From: Eledone cirrhosa
Lineage: Eukaryota
DNA length: 64,000 nucleotides
NCBI GenBank assembly: GCA_964016885.1
Contig: OZ024741.1
Coordinates: forward strand, 62,310,001-62,374,000
Reading direction: 5' to 3'
This document shows, piece by piece, positions 57,213 through 64,000 of this stretch. The position numbers and the translations under genes were made by a program. The notes below the pieces were generated by a model. It had not been told where the DNA came from and did not search any database. It saw only the letters and a list, made by a program, of their open reading frames with translations. Every line of letters starts with the position of its first letter. Positions within the stretch are counted from its first letter, which is position 1.

Positions 57213-58246
57213 AGAGAATTAGTATATCTACCAACATATGTATACAGATGTATACCCATGCTAGCAAATATATATGTTATGTCTTAGTACCTTTGTGGTT
57301 CTATGCAGGGGGATGCAGAACAATTATATGAAAGACGTAAAATAAGAAAATTTTAAAAATTAAAAATTAAATTACTTACTAAAATTTTCACTCCAACTAA
57401 TTAGCTTCTGTAAGGGAATAAATATAGTTACGTAATGTAACTAGAGAGAAGTCCTTACGTCATCAGGGAGTCTATTCTCAGCTAAGTTCCCAGGCAATGC
57501 GTGGACACTAGGAACCCATATAAAAATAATAATTCAGTGGATGGAATAAAGCTAGCGGGGACTAAATTCCAAGGCACTGAAAAAATTCACTGCCTACTTG
57601 GTCAGTAGCAAATTCTAAAGAATCAATCACGTGACACTGAGGTTGATCAGTGAGGAGTGGGGTGGTATTATGACAAGAGCCTAACTACTACCATGAACCA
57701 TAGCAGTCAATTTTGTCAAGTTTCGCTCAACAAATAATTTGGAAATAAATATAGAGAATTAGTATATCTACCAACATATGTATACAGATGTATACCCTTG
57801 CTAGCAAATATATATGTTATGTCTTAGTACCTTTGTGGTTCTATGCAGGGGGATGCAGAACAATTATATGAAAGACGTAAAATAAGAAAATTTTAAAAAT
57901 TTAAAATTAACTTACTAAAATTTTCACTCCAACTAATTAGTTTCTGTAAGGGAATAAATATAGTTACGTAATGTAACTAGAGAGAAGTCCTTACGTCATC
58001 AGGGAGTCTATTCTCGGCTAAGTTCCCAGGCAATGCGTGGACACTAGGAACCCATATAAAAATAATAATTCAGTGGATGGAATAAAGCTAACGGGGACTA
58101 AATTCCAGGGCACTGAAAAAATTCACTGCCTACTTGGTCAGTGGCAAATTCTAAAGAATCAATCACGTGACACTGAGGTTAATCAGTGAGGAGTGGGGTG
58201 GTATTATGACAAGAGCGCATTGCCTGGGAACTTAGCTGAGAATAGA
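57213..58246. repeat. 540-bp tandem duplication (57213-57752, 57753-58216) ending in a short inverted copy (58217-58246)
   Basis: Copies are nearly identical. 58217-58246 is the reverse complement of 57472-57501. Confidence 0.92.
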
Positions 58247-58413
58247 TCAAGGTCTTCTATAGAAATCGTGTTAAGTAGGGAAAATAATAAAAAAGCACCT
58301 AATGTGGTGTATATTATATAAACATATTACGTGTATAGTGCACAACGAATACAATTTTATTTTTCACATCAGACAGAATAGTTTTTGTATTTTTGTGCTT
58401 GCCCGGTTTCACT

Positions 58414-59022
58414 TATACATGGTGGCTGCCAACTCGTTTTCGAGTACGGCCACTACTTTATATCCATGTAGGGGAACGCCTACCGATGTGCTGACGAGTG
58501 TGACTTTTTAGTCCAGCCAGCGACTTGAAAACTCTGGTACAAACACTACACTTGTGACAATTATTGACACAGTGCTGGGCCCATGGTACCATGTGACGAC
58601 AAGTGCAGAGAGATCTCCAGATATAAAGCAATGCCTGTGCCGTGAAGCTTTTATAGTGAGCAAAGGCACTGCACAAAGCCAGTCCCACTCTCTTAACCAA
58701 GATATTTACCAAAAAGAAGAACAAGTCAACATCATTGGATACCATAAGGGTTGCAGGTGTTATATCAGAGTTTTCCTTCTCCTAGAATTCTGCCCTGACA
58801 AAGGCTAAGGGGTCATCTCTCCCGGTGATTTTGGATGGCCATTGACTCTTAAGAGCTCCTTTGCTCTTTGACAGGTTTTGTTTTTAGTCCTGCAGGATGT
58901 CCAAAGTCACCCTCCTCACCAAGAAACCTTGGTGAGGTTGCCAGTTTAGTCGCCAACGACCCGACCATGGGACAGGTTGTACTGGAATACATGTTACCAG
59001 TAGCACCAAGTGGTGACCTGAC
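58414..59022 (-). mobile_element. Non-autonomous RTE derivative, full-length copy of the 14422-15020 family
   Basis: High identity to the reverse complement of 14422-15020. 5' end abuts (ACAT)n. Confidence 0.88.
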
Positions 59023-59892
59023 ATACATACATACATACATACATACATACATACATACATACATACATACATACATACATACATACATACATACATACAT
59101 ACATACATACATAGTCAGTCAACGCGATCAGTCGCATATTTTGGTGTGGGAGACTATTTATTAAATTTAAGATGAATACTATCTCCGACAGTAATGCCAC
59201 AACTACCAGTCATGTTGAATAACTGGTTATTCTTCTAACTATATCTACTGAAGACCCATTTTATTCGAATTCGTTGAGATATCCGACTAAATAGATAATT
59301 CATTTTACGAGGATTTGCTACAAACAGCATGGCTGAACACAACATCAACAGCAACAACATTAAGGAAGTACCGAATAAAAATAACGAGAAGGGTAAACAT
59401 AATTTATTCAGTTGTAGCTACAGAAGAAACCGAAATTATAAATTGCATTTCTCTTGGAATTGCGAACTTAATTATGATTTATTTAATTGTTATAAAATGG
59501 TAAAAAACAATCCCTCCATTGGCTATGAACAGAATGAAGCTATATATATATATATATATATAATTATATATTCTTGTATTTTTGCATACACAATAACAAA
59601 ATATAAACAAAAGTATTTATTTCGTGATAACGTATTGATTTTCTTCGCACGGAAAAAAACCCTGGTAATCGACGACGAATTTTTTTATAAGCACAGAATG
59701 TAGACACCATCCCGAGGCCGAGGTATTTCGTACTTTTCTGTACTGTTATATATATATATATATATATATAATTATATATTCGTGTACAGATATTTTTGCA
59801 TACACAATAACAAAATATAAGCAAACGTATTTATTTCACGAGGCTCGATAAGGATAAATATATATCAAATATATAACAACCCTAGAGCAATT

Positions 59893-59919
59893 CCGAGCAA
59901 CGCCGGGCCATTGTGCTAG
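59893..59919 (+). mobile_element. Helitron 3' terminus; 5' end not identified
   Basis: ccgagcaacgccggg hairpin followed by CTAG|T, matching the 3' end of the 6493 Helitron. Confidence 0.6.
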
Positions 59920-59920
59920 T

Positions 59921-62000
59921 ATATAACTAAAATAGAAAAAAAGATTGCTGACCTACGAAAAACCATAGGGTATGAGACAATGCTCCTTACATGCAAACAA
60001 ACACAAAAACACCTCACTCCTCACCAACAAAGAGTGAAACATAAAATAGAGACGATGTTTGGTAACAGTAGAACCAGAACTCTTCAATATAAGCTGATCA
60101 CGATCAAACAAGAATTGAGAGCTGTTAGCGAAAAACGCCGATACCTGAAGAAGGTAGATGAAAGAAAAGATTCAGATGAAACCAAACATCAGTCTATAGA
60201 GATATGAAGAGCATAATAATAAGTGCCACTGAGGCCCCATCCCAGAAAGACATAGATTCCTTTTGGAGAAAAATATGGGGTGAAAAGAAGAATTTCAACC
60301 AAGATATAATGTGGCTAAAAGAAATCCGAAAGAACTATTGCTCGTACACTACAACAAGATAAGAAAACACCAGGGAGAGACATGATTGTCGGCTACTGGT
60401 ACAAAAAACTGATATTCTATCGGAGGTATCTTACTGATCTCTACCAACAAGTTATTAAGGGAGATACACTTATACCAGAATGGTTGACATTAGCATAAAC
60501 ATTACTGGCCCCAAGAACAAAGACACCCACTTGGCAAAAAACTACCGACCCATTGCATGCCAGAACCTGATGTATAAGATGTATACAGCCTGCCTGAACC
60601 TATTCCTCCAAGATCACTGTGAAAATAATAACATCATCACAGATGAACAAGCAGCTGGAAAGAAAGGGGTTTGGGGATGTGCTGAACAACTCCTAATCAA
60701 CAAAACTGCGATGTCGGAGGTGCGACAACTTAGGGGGAATATGGCGATAGTCTGGCTGGACTTCAGGAAAGCTTTCGATTCTGTTCCCCACTCTTGGATG
60801 ATAGAGGCCCTCCAACTTGCTAAAGTCCCAGAGATTATTATCAGAGCCATAGAGAAGCTGTCTTCTTCTTGGTCTACTATCCTAAGGTTAAAGACAGAGA
60901 AGGAGGACTCTATTTTTACTGATAAAATAAAATATCGCAGGGCTATATTTCAGAGAGACAGTCTCTCTGTAATATTATTCATCCTGTCATTAAACCCTTG
61001 TCCTTTCTGCTCAAGAAATGTGAAGGATATATCATTGGCTCACAGGAGGACAGAAATAGAAACCTAACCCATAATTTCTTTTTGGACGATCTGAAACTCT
61101 ATGCCAAGAACATGGATGGGATGAAGAAAAATCTTGACCTGGTTACAACGTTCTCAAAGGATATAGGAATGGAGTTTGGACAAGATAAATGCTCATACAT
61201 GACTGTAAAGCGGGGAAAAACAACAACCCAATCTAGCAACATTGTCATCAATGGCCTAACTGTTTCACCGATATCTGATGAGGACTGCTACAGATACCTG
61301 GGGATAGATGAGAACATATCCTATAATGGTATCTGTAGTAAAGAACGCATAACCAAGGAATACTACAACCGATTAAGAAAGATATGGTCATCGGAGCTCT
61401 CTGCGCAAAACAAAACAGTGGCTCACAATGTGCTTGCTGTGCCTGTCCTAACACCAACGTTTGGAATACTCAATTGGACGATAGACGAAATCCGAGCAGT
61501 TGATGTTAGAACTCGAAAAATACTATACAATACCGGAAACTTCCACATCAACAGTGACATAGACCGCCTTTACTTGAAACGTAAGCAGGGAGGCAGAGGC
61601 CTAATATCAGGCCAGACAGCATTTGAATGTCGCATCATATCCCTCCGACAACATCTACGAAACTCGAAGCGTAGGAGACCTCTCTCCAGCAGGTCTATCT
61701 GCATGAAACAGATAAGATCATGAGAGTTGGGAAGGAATTCCTCGAGAGATATTCCCTGTGTGATAATCAAAAACTCACACCCAAGGAATTCGCTCAGCAG
61801 TATCGCAGTGAATCCATGGATGAAAAACTGCATGCTTATAAGCAAAATATCATGCATGGATATGCTGCCTCAATACAAATCTTGAGAAGCTAGGCTTCAC
61901 AGGAAGAGAAAGAACGCAACTAGTTAGGAAATTACAAGTACAATCCATTAATGGAACAATAAAAATATGTAAAACATTCCAAAAATGTTGCATCTAATAA
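59921..62000 (+). mobile_element. R4/Dong-clade LINE (RT region), decayed with internal deletions
   Basis: NYRPIACQN, GCAEQLLIN, WLDFRKAFDSVPHSW, IFQRDSLS, FFLDDLKLYAK, YRYLG, DRLYLKRKQGGRGL. Jumps to the terminal KICKTF motif near 61965. Confidence 0.88.
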
Positions 62001-62227
62001 CAGATGTACAGATACAAATCATACACACATGCACACATACAACTCAAAACATACACATCCACACATACAATAACATCCATATCTATACATGCATGCATGC
62101 ATGCAGAGATGCATACATATCTACCTAGTTTATGTTGTGTAAATTCCAATGGGAGAGTATTGTGTCTATGTTAGAAACCGACTCTCTTTCTATTGATAAA
62201 CATTTGTGAAATTATAAAACCAGAAAA

Positions 62228-64000
62228 ACATACATACATCCATCCATCCATACATACATGATGGTAGCCACCTCACGCTCGAGCATAGCCTTCGCTTGAA
62301 TTTTCAATTACGCCTTTGCGTGTGTGTAGCAGAGATGTGACTTTTTAGGCCTGCAAGTGTCCTACATTTTCCAGCACAATCGTTACACGTATGACCTTTG
62401 GCAACAGAAATAGGTTACTGATTGCCATATACTTTCATGTGCCGCTTCAAGCCTCATGCTGATTGATAGTCTTTACCATATTTATGGCAGATTGCTCTAC
62501 CATACTCAACAACGTAATCTGCATCAGCTTTTTTTACATAGATCCTTTTGTGACTCTTTAATCCTGTGTTGCTGAGGCAGACTCTCCCACATTTATTGAA
62601 TGTTAGCTCACCATAGTCTCCTAAACCTCCTGGCAGTTTTACTTTCAAGCTCTTCCTCACATCCCTTTTTAGCCTTTCATAATTTCTTCGGGCCGTTTGA
62701 ATGTGCATTTCCCTTTCATTGAGAGTTTCCCACCACCGAGTTCGATTGGCAGCTTATTCCAAGTCTCTCACGGAAATATCAACTACCATCGTATATTCTC
62801 TCATACAGTCCTCGAACCTCATCTTAGATTTATGAGTTGGACATTTGCCATCTCTCACTCCACCATAAATAGGTTTGTGTAACCTACAGTTCTCGAATCT
62901 CACCACATGTCCCACCCATCAGATACGGTGTTGCACGATAATCGACTCGATACTCTGGCAGTGGCTTGTTTCAAGGGCCTCAACAACACCCAGACATCCT
63001 CAAATGTAGACCCATGATGTAAACTCAAGAATCAACGAAGTCACTGCTGGTGAAAGCGTTCATGCGGTTTTAGATTCTTCAGGTAAGTAACTCACGTCTC
63101 ACACGCATACAGTTGAGACGGCAATACACAACTCAAGTAGACATTAACTTTAGTATAAATAGAGATACCTCACCGAGAACATAGTCGCTTTTCCAACTTT
63201 CCGAATACGTCACTAGATTTTCTCATTCTTGGCGCTGTTATGTCTCCGTTTGACGCCATTGCTTTTAGTAAAAGGTTCTGACACACTTCCAGCAATGTTC
63301 TCCCTGGCTTTCACGTCACCAGGAATTGAGGTAGGATTGCCATGAATTTGTCTGGGTCACCAATCTTTCTAAGTATTTTCCAATGAGCTTCTCTAATAAC
63401 AGTGTCAATTGCTTTTGTTGAGTCAACGAAGACGTGAAATAAATCTACTTTTTTTCCATACACTTTTTCTAAAGCTGTCTGGTCGAAATCATCATGTCCA
63501 CTAGACTTCTCTCACATCTAAAACGAAATTGCGATTCCGAAAGAACATCGTCAGCAATGTGTAACATAGGTCTGTCAAACATAACCCTGCACAGAAACTT
63601 TCCAGCCACTGACATCAGCGCTATTCCTCTACAGTTGCCACAATCATCCATTCCATTCGTTTCCTCATGAAAGACATCCTTCCTGCTCTGTGGTATTATC
63701 TCATCTGCCAAAACTGTCTCTATCGAGAATGCAATACAACGCATTACGTTTTCATTTCCACACTTAAAGAAATCTGCAAACAAACTATCCATGCCAGGAG
63801 ACTTGCCATTATTAAGTTTCTGAACTTCAATTTCCTCTAATGAAGGAATTTCTGCCAGAGCATCTTTGAAGTGTTCGCATGGTATTGACTCAGAAAACTC
63901 CTCAACGATCTCTGAAGGCTGATTCAAAGGTTCGTCAAAATGCTGTTTTTACTTGCACAGTATTTCCTTTGTTGTCTGAGAAGAGATTTTCCATCTTTAG
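62228..64000 (-). mobile_element. RTE-clade LINE, old and decayed; continues beyond the window end
   Basis: KLNNGKSPGMD, CRGIALMSVAGK, LSESQFRFR and C-terminal CLSNTGLKSH. 3' end gaggtggctaccatc(atgt)n at 62228-62275. Confidence 0.85.

Noticed and set aside
59545-59840. ~100-bp direct repeat following two TA tracts
   Set aside because: Real but unclassifiable. Probably another pLTR-tail duplication, with no core motif to support a call.

Overview
Repeat-saturated eukaryotic DNA with no recognisable host gene, rRNA, tRNA gene or CRISPR array. The SINE families and the (TA)n/(CA)n/(TATG)n load suggest an octopus (cephalopod) genome; this is inference. The window is a pile-up of non-LTR retrotransposons: Tx1/L1-clade (one copy with an uninterrupted RT-to-CCHC ORF), RTE-clade, R4/Dong-clade and Penelope-like GIY-YIG elements. 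It also holds about 20 copies of one tRNA-derived SINE, internally deleted non-autonomous RTE derivatives, two complete non-autonomous Helitrons and a hAT-Charlie MITE with an 8-bp TSD. Most ORFs in the supplied track are microsatellite read-through. The main signal not shown by the ORF track is a dense set of type I hammerhead ribozyme motifs (CUGANGA-stem II-GAAA-stem III-NUH, closed by stem I). There are about 8 with intact cores and 8 or more decayed ones, from several unrelated sequence families. They sit in short modules inserted into (TA)n tracts, usually just upstream of AATAAA, and are often arranged as long inverted repeats. One family occurs as small palindromes that fold back inside the ribozyme's stem II. 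All folds were done by eye and are untested.
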